Of a DNA stretch of 64,000 nt, positions 1 to 9,611 are shown piece after piece. The notes under the pieces are model-generated. The model made no database searches. It was not told where the DNA came from and saw only the letters and a list, made by a program, of their open reading frames with translations. The first letter of the stretch is position 1. Each line of letters opens with the position of its first letter. Location of the stretch: assembly GCA_014360805.1 (NCBI GenBank), contig JACIWU010000001.1, forward strand, positions 3,327-67,326, in the 5' to 3' direction. Origin of the DNA: Chloroflexota bacterium (lineage in GTDB: Bacteria; Chloroflexota; Anaerolineae; DTLA01). The position numbers and the translations under genes were made by a program.

Positions 1-2
1 CC

Positions 3-722
3 TGGAACATCATCACGTGGATTCTCGGCATCCCGTCCAGTTCCTCCCATGCGCTCATCGGCGGGCTTGTCGGCGCGGTCGCCGTCGCCCATGGCTTCTC
101 GGCCATCCAGGTCGCGGGCATCCGCAAGACCGTCATCGCCCTTTTCACGTCGCCCATCCTGGGCCTAATCGTCGGCTACCTCTTCATGAAACTCCTCATG
201 TGGCTTTCGCGGGCCGCCACGCCCCGCGCCAATGACTTCTTCAAGGGCGCGCAGGTGCTCACCTCCATCGGCCTGGCCCTGAGCCACGGCACGAACGACG
301 CGCAGAAGTCCATGGGGATCATCACCATGGCCCTGGTGAGCGGTGGGCTGATAGAGTCCTTCCACGTGCCCGTATGGGTCATCGCGCTTTGCGCCAGCGC
401 CATCGCCCTCGGCACGTTCACCGGCGCCTGGCGCATCATCCGCACGCTGGGCGCCAAGTTCTACCGCATCCGCCCCATCCACGGCTTCAGCGCGCAGGCC
501 GCATCCGCCGCCGTCATCCTAGGCGCGGCCGTACTGGGCGGGCCGGTCAGCACTACGCAGGTCGTGAGTTCCACCATCATCGGGGTCGGCTCGGCCGAGC
601 GCGTGTCCAAAGTACGCTGGGGGGTGGCAGGCGACATCGCCGTTGCCTGGCTACTCACCATCCCGGCGTCCATGCTGATGTCCGCGCTCATCTACATCCC
701 GCTTCATGCGTGGCTCGGCTAA
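3..722 (+). CDS. Inorganic phosphate transporter, PiT family (5' partial; N-terminus lies outside the window)
   Basis: The frame is open from nt 3. The C-terminal sequence GTNDAQKSMGIIT, multi-TM, is the PiT signature repeat. Stop at 720-722. Confidence 0.85.
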   Translation, partial: WNIITWILGIPSSSSHALIGGLVGAVAVAHGFSAIQVAGIRKTVIALFTSPILGLIVGYLFMKLLMWLSRAATPRANDFFKGAQVLTSIGLALSHGTNDAQKSMGIITMALVSGGLIESFHVPVWVIALCASAIALGTFTGAWRIIRTLGAKFYRIRPIHGFSAQAASAAVILGAAVLGGPVSTTQVVSSTIIGVGSAERVSKVRWGVAGDIAVAWLLTIPASMLMSALIYIPLHAWLG

Positions 723-750
723 GTCCTATCCAGCATTCGGAGGCAAACAA

Positions 751-1377
751 ATGGGCTTGAAAGATCTCTTTCGCAGGAAACCCGACCGGTTCCGGCAACT
801 CCTCGCCGAACAGGCCGCCAAAACCCTGGAGGGTGTCCAACTCCTGGAGCAGTACGTGCGCGCCCCAAGCCCCGAAATTGTGGACGCCCTGAGGCGTGCC
901 GAGAAAGAAGCCGACGAACTGCGCCGCATCCTGATAGACGAACTCAACCGCACCTTCGCCACGCCGTTTGACCGCGAGGACATCTTCGGCCTGTCGCGCG
1001 CCATTGACGACATCATTGACTACGCCCATACCTCCGTGGACGAGATGGCCTTGTTCAAGGTGGAGCCGAACGCAGACATCGTGGCCATCGTGAAACTCCT
1101 CGCCGATGCCGCCACAGAGATTCACCTGGCCGTCCTGCGCCTCAGCGACCATCCTGGCGTCGCCATTGAGCACGCCAAACGCGCCAAGTCCCTGGAAAAC
1201 CGCGTGGAAGATCTCTACCGGCAGGCGCTTGTGCACCTGTTTGAGGGCGTGAAAACCATAGAGGACGTGAACCGCGTGCTCAAACTGCGGGAAATCCTGC
1301 GCCACCTGAGCAACAGCGCCGACCGTGGAGACGAGGCCGCCAACCTCATCAGCGACATCGTCGTAAAGGGGACATAG
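751..1377 (+). CDS. DUF47 / PhoU-like phosphate-transport regulator (Pit accessory protein)
   Basis: ATG 751 with GGAGG 7 nt upstream. All-helical protein of about 208 aa directly after PiT, the usual pit-accessory arrangement (here PiT comes first). Confidence 0.8.
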   Translation: MGLKDLFRRKPDRFRQLLAEQAAKTLEGVQLLEQYVRAPSPEIVDALRRAEKEADELRRILIDELNRTFATPFDREDIFGLSRAIDDIIDYAHTSVDEMALFKVEPNADIVAIVKLLADAATEIHLAVLRLSDHPGVAIEHAKRAKSLENRVEDLYRQALVHLFEGVKTIEDVNRVLKLREILRHLSNSADRGDEAANLISDIVVKGT

Positions 1378-1392
1378 CCGGCTCCGAACCCC

Positions 1393-4281
1393 CTACGGCA
1401 CGGGCGGCTCTACGATCGCCGCGCTCGGGTACGTGGCTGCATAGTCGTCAAAGCGGCAATCCGCCGCCGGCCCTGACTCCGAGAACAGAATGGCCGCGAG
1501 GCCCATGCTCCGCACCAGGAACGCATCCTTGTCCTGCCATGCGGGCGTGAATTCCACGGGCGTGTCGTTCACGAAGAAACGCACCAGACCGCCTTCCTTG
1601 TCCACTGTGAGGATATTTGCCGCATCGCCTCCGCGAACCGCGTCGCACCGCGTCCAGCCGCGAACCTCCAACCACTGCCGCGCCTGCGCGTCGTACCGCC
1701 ACAGCGCCACCCACCCCCGCGGCGAGACCATGAAGGCGTGCGTTGCCGATCCGCCAAACACGACTCCGTAGGCCGGTTCGCCCCCGCCCGCGCGCCGGGC
1801 TTGCACGCGGATGCGAACCCAGTCAGACTGCATCTGCACCGGCGCCAGGCTTACGAAGACCAGGCCGCTTCGCCGCGCCAGAATCTGATACTCCCCGCCC
1901 ACATACCCCATCGCGAATGCCGGATTGTCCGCAGACCTCGGCCAGCCGCTCATGGGATCGCTGAAGTCGTCAAAGAACGGCGTTGGCGTGCCGCCGACCG
2001 GGTAGCGATAGTTCCGCGCCACCCGCGGCAGGTAGCACTGCGGCGGCGCGACAGCCGTCCGCGTGGGCGTTGGGGGCGCGGTAGCCGTCGCCGTCCGCGT
2101 GGGCGTGGGGGTTGTCGTAGCCGTCGGTGTCAGTTCCCGCGGCGTCGGAGATGGCGTAGCCGTAGCCGAAGGCGTGGCCGTCGGCCCCTGTGGCGTCGGG
2201 GATGGCGTAATCGGTGTGGGCGTCGCGGTCAGGGTCGGCGTTGCGCTGGGTGTCCCCGTCGGCGTCCATGTGGGCGTCGCGGTCGCCGACGGTGCAGGGG
2301 TAGGCGCGGGAGGCGTGGGCGTGTGGGACGGCTCCGCGGCCGGCGTGGCCGTCGCCGTGCGCGTGGTCGTTGCCGTCGGCATCGGTGTATCCGTGGGGGT
2401 GGCCGTGGACGAGGGATTCGGCGTCGGCTCGGCGAACGGCCGCAGCTGCGAATAGGCGTTTTTCACGTTCAAGTATCCTGCCCCCTCCCACTGGGGCAGG
2501 CGATGGGTAACAGCGCCGTGCATCAGCGCATCCCTGACGATGTCCGGCATGTCGGGGCGACCCCTCAGCACCGGATAAGCCTCCAGGAGCAGCGCCGCCG
2601 CCCCCGCGACAACGGGGCTGGCCATGCTTGTCCCGCCCATGACGAAATAGTCCGCCGGGCCCGCGCCGTCCAAGACGCCATCGTTGTCCACAATTTGCGG
2701 GTCGTAACCACTGCCCAGGGGGTACACGCGGTCGCGCGCGGAAATCACGGCCGTGCCGGGCGCCGCAATGTCGGGCTTCCTGCGGCCATCCAACGTCGGC
2801 CCCCGCCCGCTGTACGAAGCCATGCCTTGCTCGGCGCCCGGCGAGGGGCTGAAAGCGTACGATTGCCCTTGATAGTTCGTCCAGGACGCCCGGCTGACAT
2901 ACCCGCCGACGGCCACGCACCCCGCCGCGTCCGCCGGCGTCTCCACGGTATAGTTGGGATCGGGCTGGGTGAACACAGCGGCGGCATTCTCGCTGTACAC
3001 ATGCAGGCGGCGGCCCACCACCACAGGCCCCATGCTGCGGATTCGCAGCAGATAGTCGCCTGCCGGAAGCGTCGGAGCGGAGATCAAAACCGACTCGGTG
3101 CCCGCCTCGCTCTCTCGGGGTTCCCGAATGACGTCCACCGCCACATCCATGTTGCCCGCGGCGAATAGCGTAACCGTGTATGCCTCGCTCCGCCCAACGC
3201 CATCGTTCCACACCAGTCGCAACAAAAGCGGGGCGTCGGCCCGAACCTGGAGACCCACTTCTTTTGTAGACGCCCCGCCTGCCCCCAGTTCCACTGACGC
3301 ATGGCGGCCCTCGTCGCCTGCGTTCCCCGCCGCGCAAAACACCAGTCGCCCCTGACTTGCAGCCCAATCCACCGCCTGCGCCAGCGGAGAGGAACCGTCG
3401 TGATAGGCATCCCACCCGCCATAACTGACGTTGACGACTTCCGCGCCGGACTCCACGGCCTGGCGAATCGCCGCGACAAAGGCATCGTCCGTCGCGGGCG
3501 CGCCCTCTTCGTCCAGGCCGATCTTCAGGAAGATGAGGTCGGCGCCCGGCGCCATGCCCTGATAACGCTCTCCCGAGAGCACGCCGCGGCCCACCGCCGT
3601 GGCCGCCACATGGGTGCCATGCCCCGAATAGGGATTCCTCACGTCGTCGTCCATCGCGGGGAAGCGGGACACGTCCCTGGCCACAATCGGTGCGGGGATA
3701 TCCGGATGGCCAACGTCCAGCCCCGCGTCCAGAATCGCCACCCGCACCCCGGCGCCCGTGTACCCCAGAGCCTGCGCCCAAGACGCCTGCGAGAAGTCCC
3801 TCGCCAAATCGTTGTTGGGGCGCAGAACCTGCTCGGCCGTCTCCAGGCGCACCACGTCGTCCAGCGAAGCCAGCGCCGTCACCTGCTGGACGGGTGCGTC
3901 GGCAACCACGAAGCCATACGGATGCGTTCCCACGGGGGGAATCCACGTCTGCCCGTACAGGACGACGCCCAGGGCCTGCGCCCGCTGCGCCCACTGCGAG
4001 GTTGGAGCGCCTTGCAGGTACACGAACAGGTGCTGCCTTTGGGGATTCCAGCGGCTGCCCGCGGTGGCCGTCAGCGCCTCGGCGATGCCCACGTCGGGGT
4101 TGGCGAGAAATTCCCGCTTCAGCGCCAGTTGGTACTGGAGAAGCGCGCTCATCTTGGCGGCAGGGGTTGGCTCCGTTGCGTGGCCGCCGGCAGGCAGCAG
4201 CGCAAACACAATGGCCAGGGTCACGATGCCGCGCCCTGCCGTCCACAGTATCATGCGAACGAAGGATCTGCCCCTACCCAC
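1393..4281 (-). CDS. Secreted S8 subtilisin-family serine peptidase with a Pro/Thr-rich linker and a C-terminal domain of unknown function
   Basis: Catalytic triad motifs ILDAGLD, HGTHVA and GTSMASP. N-terminal signal peptide MILWTAGRGIVTLAIVFALLPAGG. A PT linker of about 110 aa. GTG start with AAGGGAG 11 nt upstream (ATG alternative at 4254). Confidence 0.88.
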   Translation of the reverse strand: MGRGRSFVRMILWTAGRGIVTLAIVFALLPAGGHATEPTPAAKMSALLQYQLALKREFLANPDVGIAEALTATAGSRWNPQRQHLFVYLQGAPTSQWAQRAQALGVVLYGQTWIPPVGTHPYGFVVADAPVQQVTALASLDDVVRLETAEQVLRPNNDLARDFSQASWAQALGYTGAGVRVAILDAGLDVGHPDIPAPIVARDVSRFPAMDDDVRNPYSGHGTHVAATAVGRGVLSGERYQGMAPGADLIFLKIGLDEEGAPATDDAFVAAIRQAVESGAEVVNVSYGGWDAYHDGSSPLAQAVDWAASQGRLVFCAAGNAGDEGRHASVELGAGGASTKEVGLQVRADAPLLLRLVWNDGVGRSEAYTVTLFAAGNMDVAVDVIREPRESEAGTESVLISAPTLPAGDYLLRIRSMGPVVVGRRLHVYSENAAAVFTQPDPNYTVETPADAAGCVAVGGYVSRASWTNYQGQSYAFSPSPGAEQGMASYSGRGPTLDGRRKPDIAAPGTAVISARDRVYPLGSGYDPQIVDNDGVLDGAGPADYFVMGGTSMASPVVAGAAALLLEAYPVLRGRPDMPDIVRDALMHGAVTHRLPQWEGAGYLNVKNAYSQLRPFAEPTPNPSSTATPTDTPMPTATTTRTATATPAAEPSHTPTPPAPTPAPSATATPTWTPTGTPSATPTLTATPTPITPSPTPQGPTATPSATATPSPTPRELTPTATTTPTPTRTATATAPPTPTRTAVAPPQCYLPRVARNYRYPVGGTPTPFFDDFSDPMSGWPRSADNPAFAMGYVGGEYQILARRSGLVFVSLAPVQMQSDWVRIRVQARRAGGGEPAYGVVFGGSATHAFMVSPRGWVALWRYDAQARQWLEVRGWTRCDAVRGGDAANILTVDKEGGLVRFFVNDTPVEFTPAWQDKDAFLVRSMGLAAILFSESGPAADCRFDDYAATYPSAAIVEPPVP

Positions 4282-4423
4282 AGAACAACGCGCTCCCTTC
4301 TACCAACTCTATCAACGAAGAAGTTGGCGAAACGTTGCGGGTGGCCGCAACGAGGTGAACGTGGGTGACATCGCGACGGCGCGCTAGGCACGGGCACAGC
4401 ATGCTGTGCAGGCCGATCCGTAG

Positions 4424-4690
4424 CCCTCGGCGCCCCCCCAGCGTAGAATCCAGCGCCCGCCTGCCGTGCATCCGGACAGGCCCCCAGCCCGCAGGGCTTC
4501 GCCCCTTTAGCCCGATGCCTCGGCGTCGAGCGGACATGCAGACGTGCCGCGGGCAAATCCAGAATCCTCCACGCCCTCGGCGTCCCCAGCGTAGAATCCA
4601 GCGCCCGCCTGCCGTGCATCCGGACAGGCCCCAGCCCGCAGGGCTTCGCCCCTTTAGCCCGATGCTTCAGCGTCGGGCCGACATGCAGGT
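4424..4690. repeat. Tandem direct repeat, two copies of a 149-bp unit at about 93% identity, in the divergent intergenic region between the subtilase gene and the BNR lipoprotein gene
   Basis: Copy 1 is 4424-4572 and copy 2 is 4573-about 4690. Both contain gcccgcctgccgtgcatccggacaggc and agcccgcagggcttcgcccctttagcccgatgc(t/c)tc(a/g)gcgtcg. Hairpin-capable segments gcctg...caggc and gcccga...tcgggc. Confidence 0.85.
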
Positions 4691-4696
4691 GCGCAC

Positions 4697-4725
4697 TTGA
4701 CCGACCGAGCGGAACCTCCTACAAT
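4697..4725 (+). promoter_or_regulatory. Sigma70-type promoter candidate for the BNR lipoprotein gene
   Basis: TTGACC (4697-4702), 17-nt spacer, TACAAT (4720-4725), about 55 nt upstream of ATG 4783. The -35 lies at the end of tandem repeat copy 2. Confidence 0.45.
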
Positions 4726-4782
4726 AGTCGCGCGTCTGCAATTCGCATCACCAATCGCGCAGACACACCGGGGAGCACACCA

Positions 4783-6036
4783 ATGACACGAAACCGACAA
4801 TGCCTACATTCTCTGTGCGGCGCCTCGTTTCGCCTTCTCGCTCTCGCAGCACTTGCGGGCATCGTCGCGCTTGCCCAGGCCTGCGGGCCAACGCCCACGC
4901 CGCCGGCCCCAACCGCAACGTCGGCTCCTGCAACGCCTGCCGCGCCCACCCTGGCGCCTTCGCCCACGCCGACCGCGCTGCCCCCATCCGCTACGCCGTC
5001 GCCGATACCATCCGCGACCCTCGCGCCCACGGCAACGCCGGCGCCCACGCGCACGCCGACGAAATCCACACCCGCCACGCCAACGCCCACCGCGACCGTC
5101 GTCCCGGTTCCGTCTGTCCGGTCCCTGGTCGTCTCCTCGGGAGAAGACCGTACCCTGTACGCCATCATCGGCGACAGCGCGTATCGGAGCGCCGATGGGG
5201 GCGCGACGTGGACGCCGCTGGACCTCACGGGTGTCGCGCCCGCGTCGCGCCTGTTCGCCCTGGCGCTGGACTACCGCAACCCGTCCGTGATGTACCTGAC
5301 CACCAGCAGCGGCATCTATCGGCGCGTTAGCACGTCTGCATGGGAGTTCGTGCATCCTCTCAAAGCGCAGACGCTGGCAGTGGATTTCGTGGATTCCAAC
5401 GTCCTGTGGGCGGGCGTATCCTGGACGACGGAGTACAAAGCCGTCATTCTCAAAAGCACCGATGCTGGGCGAACCTGGGGCAAGGCCGATTTCGGCATCC
5501 AGGCATACCTGGGCTATGGCGTTACCCGCATCCTCATTGACCCTGCGAACCCCGATATCCTCTACGCCAATCTTCGCTACGGCGGGCGGTTCGGGTGGCC
5601 GGAGGGCTGGCTCTACCGAGGCGGCCGGGTCGGGAACTGGGAGCCGCTGCCTGTGGGTGACCAGCCGACAGGCGGAGGTTTCTCCGAGGGCGCATGCATG
5701 CCCCACGGCCTGGCGTTTGACCCCAACCTGCGCCGCCTGTACGTGGGATGCGATGCCTACTACTACAACAACTCCCGCTTGTTCATGCTCGTCTCTGACA
5801 ACGCCCACGAGCCGGATTCGCGCAACATCGCCTGGGCCGAGGCGCTGACGCTGGGCACGTTGACGCCGCCGTTCGCCCTGGGCTACGTGGAGCCTCTTGC
5901 GGTGGACGCCCGCGCACCCAAAGCCCTCTACGTAGCCGTATCGGGAAACAGCACCGTCTCCGAACAACCCTATCGTCTCCTCGTCGGCCGCGATGATGGC
6001 CAGACATGGCTTGACCTGCCCATACCCGCATATTGA
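4783..6036 (+). CDS. Lipoprotein with a PT-rich linker and a BNR/Asp-box beta-propeller (Ycf48/sortilin-like)
   Basis: Signal peptide plus lipobox LAQAC. PT-rich segment of about 90 aa. Asp-box-like motifs SADGGATW, STDAGRTW and GRDDGQTW. RBS GGGGAG. Confidence 0.8.
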   Translation: MTRNRQCLHSLCGASFRLLALAALAGIVALAQACGPTPTPPAPTATSAPATPAAPTLAPSPTPTALPPSATPSPIPSATLAPTATPAPTRTPTKSTPATPTPTATVVPVPSVRSLVVSSGEDRTLYAIIGDSAYRSADGGATWTPLDLTGVAPASRLFALALDYRNPSVMYLTTSSGIYRRVSTSAWEFVHPLKAQTLAVDFVDSNVLWAGVSWTTEYKAVILKSTDAGRTWGKADFGIQAYLGYGVTRILIDPANPDILYANLRYGGRFGWPEGWLYRGGRVGNWEPLPVGDQPTGGGFSEGACMPHGLAFDPNLRRLYVGCDAYYYNNSRLFMLVSDNAHEPDSRNIAWAEALTLGTLTPPFALGYVEPLAVDARAPKALYVAVSGNSTVSEQPYRLLVGRDDGQTWLDLPIPAY

Positions 6037-6365
6037 TACCAAGGAGGTGCACCATCCGAACCCCAAACGGACAAGAGTGCCGTTTCTTCTACGGAGACTA
6101 TGCGCGCGGCAGGCACACCGAAATCTGCCGCCTGTTGGAAGCCGCCGAGCAGCCCTGGAAACCCGTGCTGTGCCGAACGTGCCCCGTTCCGGGCATCCTC
6201 CGCGCCAACGCCTGCCCGCACATGATCCTCTACGCGCGCGTCCAGCGCCGATTGGGGCTATGGCAACGCGTGGGCGTTACAGCCGTGTGCCAGAAGACTC
6301 GCCAGGTCGTCTCCGAACCGCATATCGGTTGCGGACAGTGTGGGCGCGACGATGCGCAAGGCTAG
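6033..6365 (+). CDS. Small Cys-rich hypothetical protein (9 Cys, two CxxC pairs), possibly metal-binding
   Basis: Strong GC3 codon bias in this frame. CRTC and CGQC motifs. TTG start at 6033 overlapping the upstream stop; the true start is uncertain. Sits directly upstream of the ArsR/SmtB gene. Confidence 0.45.
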   Translation: MIPRRCTIRTPNGQECRFFYGDYARGRHTEICRLLEAAEQPWKPVLCRTCPVPGILRANACPHMILYARVQRRLGLWQRVGVTAVCQKTRQVVSEPHIGCGQCGRDDAQG

Positions 6366-6403
6366 TGGGCGACCTTTTCTTGCCTGAACAGAAAATTCCC
6401 TAC

Positions 6404-6432
6404 TTGACGAAAGTACGAAGGTATGGTACAAT
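6404..6432 (+). promoter_or_regulatory. Near-consensus sigma70 promoter for the ArsR/SmtB gene, in an AT-rich patch
   Basis: TTGACG (6404-6409), 17-nt spacer, TACAAT (6427-6432). AGGAGG RBS at 6461-6466. ATG 6472. Confidence 0.55.
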
Positions 6433-6471
6433 GTAAGACGTGCGAACCCAAATTTATATTAGGAGGCTGAA

Positions 6472-6831
6472 ATGCGTAGAGAGGATCGCTGCGAGGTTCG
6501 TATCATTGACGCCGAGAAAGTCAAGAAGATCTCGGAAACCCTCATCAGTGGCCTGGATGCCACGCATCTAGCGGACGTATTTGACGCAATGTCAGATCCC
6601 ACCCGCCTGCGCATCATCTCGGCCGTCGCCAGCGTCGGAGAAGTCTGCGTGTGCGACATCGCCGGCTCCCTCGGCATGACACAGTCGGCCATCTCCCACC
6701 AACTCCGACTGCTACGCACCGTCAACATCCTCAAGAACCGAAAGCAAGGGCGGATGGTGTACTACTCCCTCGCGAGCGAACACATCGGCAAGGTCTTCGC
6801 CGAGGCCCTGGCCCACATTCGCCAAGAGTAG
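6472..6831 (+). CDS. ArsR/SmtB-family metal-sensing transcriptional repressor
   Basis: Winged-HTH protein of 119 aa with a CVCD metal-site motif (alpha3 site) and a typical ArsR helix, SQSAISHQLRLLR. The gene is noticeably AT-richer than its surroundings. Confidence 0.85.
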   Translation: MRREDRCEVRIIDAEKVKKISETLISGLDATHLADVFDAMSDPTRLRIISAVASVGEVCVCDIAGSLGMTQSAISHQLRLLRTVNILKNRKQGRMVYYSLASEHIGKVFAEALAHIRQE

Positions 6832-7021
6832 CCCCCAACGCGGTGTTCCCTGGCACCGCTTGCTACCCCCAATTAGCGGCTGTTCCCTGGCAGCCGCTAA
6901 TTGTTTGCCTTTTGCGGCCTCAAGCCCTCTGTGTTATCATGGGGCAGACGAATTCGCCCAAAGCACAATCCAAGGCGCCAGAGATGTTGGCCCGGCGCCG
7001 GATCTGAGGAGGAAACGCTTC

Positions 7022-9580
7022 ATGCGACCCTATATGATCCTGAACGTGATCCCATCGCTTCCGCCGAGCCTCGTTCGGCTGGCAGAACTCGCGTACAACC
7101 TGCGCTGGACATGGGACCACGACACGCGAGACCTGTTCCGCCGCCTGGACAGCGACCTCTGGGAGCAGAGCGGCCACAACCCCGTCGCCATGCTCGGAGC
7201 CATCGCCCAATCGCGCCTGGAAGCCGCCGCGCGGGACGATGGCTTCCTCGCCCACTTCCAGCGCGTCTGCGAGCAGTTTGACCGCTACATGGCCAATCAG
7301 CGCGCCTGGTATTCCCAGCATTGCGCCGAAGTGCCCGAGTGCCGGGTGGCCTACTTCTCGCCCGAGTTCGGCCTCACCGAGTGCATCCCCATCTATTCGG
7401 GCGGCCTGGGCGTCCTGTCCGGCGACCATCTCAAGTCGGCCAGCGACTTGGGGATCCACATGGTGGGCGTGGGCCTGCTGTATCAGTTCGGCTACTTCAG
7501 CCAGTACCTCAGCCCCGACGGCTGGCAACAGGAGTACTATCCGGTCAACGACTTCTACAACATGCCCCTGCAACTCATGCGCAAGCCCGACGGCGCGCCT
7601 GTCATCGTCCAGGTCAACTACCCCGACGCACCCGTAAGCGCCCAAATCTGGCGCATCCAGGTCGGGCGGGTGCCGCTCTACATGCTGGACAGCAACCTGC
7701 AGCAGAACCGCCCCCGCGACCGCGAGATCACGGGCAAACTTTACGGCGGCGACCGCGAGATGCGCATCCGCCAGGAAATCCTGCTCGGCATCGGCGGCTA
7801 TCGCGCCCTCATGGCGCTGGGCATTGAACCCACCGTCTGCCACTTGAACGAAGGACATGCGGCCTTTCTCTGCGTGGAACGCGTGCGGGTACTCATGGAC
7901 CGATTCGGCCTAAACTTTTACGAGGCAGCCGAACTAGCCCGCGCCGGAAACATGTTCACCACCCATACGTCGGTGCCGGCGGGGATTGACGTGTTCGCGC
8001 CGGACCTGGTGGACCGCTACTTCGGCGGCTGGTATCCGATCCTGGGCATCACGCGCGAGCAGTTCATGGCCCTGGGTCGCCAGCACCCCGCCGACGCCAG
8101 CGAGCCATTCAACATGGCCGTCTTTGCCGTGAGCATGTCCAGCCACACCAACGCCGTGAGCACCCTCCATGCCACCGTGGCCCGGCGACTCTGGAGCAAC
8201 CTTTGGCCGGGCGTGCCCGAAAACGAGATTCCGGTGGGCCACATCACCAACGGCGTGCATCTGCGATCCTGGGTTTCGGGAGACCTGGCGTCGCTGCTGG
8301 ACCGTTACCTGGGCCCCCGATGGCGGGAAGAGCCGAGCGACATGTCGGTCTGGCAGAAGGTGGCCGATATCCCCGACGAAGAACTCTGGCGCACCCATGA
8401 GCGGCGCCGAGAGCGTCTTGTGCACTTCGCCCGACAGCGCCTGCGCGCGCAGTTGGAGGCCCGAGGCGCGCCCCCGTCCGAAGTGGAAGTTGCCAACGAG
8501 GTCCTGGACCCCGAGGCGCTGACCATCGGGTTCGCGCGGCGCTTCGCCACGTACAAGCGCGCCACGCTCCTCCTGCGCGATCCCGCCCGCCTGGCACGCA
8601 TCCTGAACGACCGTGACCGGCCGGTGCAGATCATCATCGCAGGCAAGGCCCACCCCCAGGACCAGGCTGGCAAGGAACTCATCCAGGCCATCGTCAAGGC
8701 GGCCCGACAAGAGGACTTCCGCCACCGACTCGTCTTCCTGGAAAACTACGACATGAACATCGCGCGCTATCTGGTGCAGGGCGTAGACGTCTGGCTCAAC
8801 ACCCCGCGCCGAATGCAGGAGGCCAGCGGCACCAGCGGGATGAAGGCCGCCGCCAACGGCGCACTCAACTTGAGCATCCTGGACGGGTGGTGGGATGAGG
8901 GATACGCCCCCGAAGTCGGCTGGGCCATCGGGCGCGGCGAAATCTACGACGACCCGGAGTATCAGGACGCTGTGGAGTCGCAGGTCATCTACGAACTCCT
9001 GGAGAAGGAAATCGTCCCCCTGTTCTACTCGCGCGGCCGGGATGGCCTCCCTCGGGCCTGGATCGCCAAGATGAAGGCCGCCCTTGGCAACCTGGCGCCT
9101 GTCTTCAACACCGACCGCATGCTCATGGAGTACACGCAAAAGTACTACCTGCCCGTCAGCGCCCATTACCTGGCCATGCAGGAGAATCAGGCCCAGCGCG
9201 CCAAGGACCTGGCCGCCTGGAAAGCGAACCTCCGCCAGAACTGGAGCCAACTTCGGGTGGAAAGCGTAGAGGCGAATACGCTCGCCGAGATCCACGTCAA
9301 CGCCGAAGTCGTCGTTACGGCCCGCGTGAACCTGGGCAGCCTGTCGCCCGATGACGTCCGCGTCCAACTGTACTACGGCCACGTGAACCCTGCCGGCGAG
9401 ATCCGTCAGGGCGAAATCGCGCCGATGCAACTGAAGCAGAAATTGGACTCGGCCTACATCTACGAGGGCAAGGTGAACTTCGCCACCAGCGGCCTGCACG
9501 GCTATACCGTGCGCATTCTGCCGCACCATCCCGACATGGCCACGCCCTTTGACTCGGGCCTGGTGTACTGGTTCAGTTAG
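7022..9580 (+). CDS. glgP: Alpha-glucan phosphorylase (GT35, GlgP / maltodextrin phosphorylase family)
   Basis: 852 aa. Conserved blocks LNEGHAAF, TNGVHLRSW, TIGFARRFATYKR and EASGTSGMKAAANG (PLP-Lys region). GAGGAGG RBS 9 nt before ATG 7022. The longer ORF from 6860 lacks an RBS. Confidence 0.9.
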   Translation: MRPYMILNVIPSLPPSLVRLAELAYNLRWTWDHDTRDLFRRLDSDLWEQSGHNPVAMLGAIAQSRLEAAARDDGFLAHFQRVCEQFDRYMANQRAWYSQHCAEVPECRVAYFSPEFGLTECIPIYSGGLGVLSGDHLKSASDLGIHMVGVGLLYQFGYFSQYLSPDGWQQEYYPVNDFYNMPLQLMRKPDGAPVIVQVNYPDAPVSAQIWRIQVGRVPLYMLDSNLQQNRPRDREITGKLYGGDREMRIRQEILLGIGGYRALMALGIEPTVCHLNEGHAAFLCVERVRVLMDRFGLNFYEAAELARAGNMFTTHTSVPAGIDVFAPDLVDRYFGGWYPILGITREQFMALGRQHPADASEPFNMAVFAVSMSSHTNAVSTLHATVARRLWSNLWPGVPENEIPVGHITNGVHLRSWVSGDLASLLDRYLGPRWREEPSDMSVWQKVADIPDEELWRTHERRRERLVHFARQRLRAQLEARGAPPSEVEVANEVLDPEALTIGFARRFATYKRATLLLRDPARLARILNDRDRPVQIIIAGKAHPQDQAGKELIQAIVKAARQEDFRHRLVFLENYDMNIARYLVQGVDVWLNTPRRMQEASGTSGMKAAANGALNLSILDGWWDEGYAPEVGWAIGRGEIYDDPEYQDAVESQVIYELLEKEIVPLFYSRGRDGLPRAWIAKMKAALGNLAPVFNTDRMLMEYTQKYYLPVSAHYLAMQENQAQRAKDLAAWKANLRQNWSQLRVESVEANTLAEIHVNAEVVVTARVNLGSLSPDDVRVQLYYGHVNPAGEIRQGEIAPMQLKQKLDSAYIYEGKVNFATSGLHGYTVRILPHHPDMATPFDSGLVYWFS

Positions 9581-9611
9581 CGCGGGACGGCTCGGCGAAG
9601 GCGCCCGCGCG

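Noticed and set aside
1738-4368. Long ORFs on the + strand (1738-3168, 3301-4368) and a second minus-frame ORF (1970-4246) overlapping the subtilase gene
   Set aside because: Arg/Gly/Pro-rich low-complexity translations with no RBS or motifs. These are typical shadow ORFs of high-GC DNA, whereas the subtilase frame carries the catalytic triad.
4365-4700. 111-aa ORF running through the 149-bp tandem repeats
   Set aside because: It is created by the repeat itself (a repeated peptide PQPAGLRPFSPM), Pro/Arg-rich, with no RBS. The region is better explained as a non-coding repeat.
6860-7021. Upstream extension of glgP to ATG 6860 (906 aa)
   Set aside because: The extension has no RBS and is a poorly conserved Cys/Ala-rich leader. 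ATG 7022 has a GAGGAGG RBS at the ideal distance and begins the conserved phosphorylase N-terminus.
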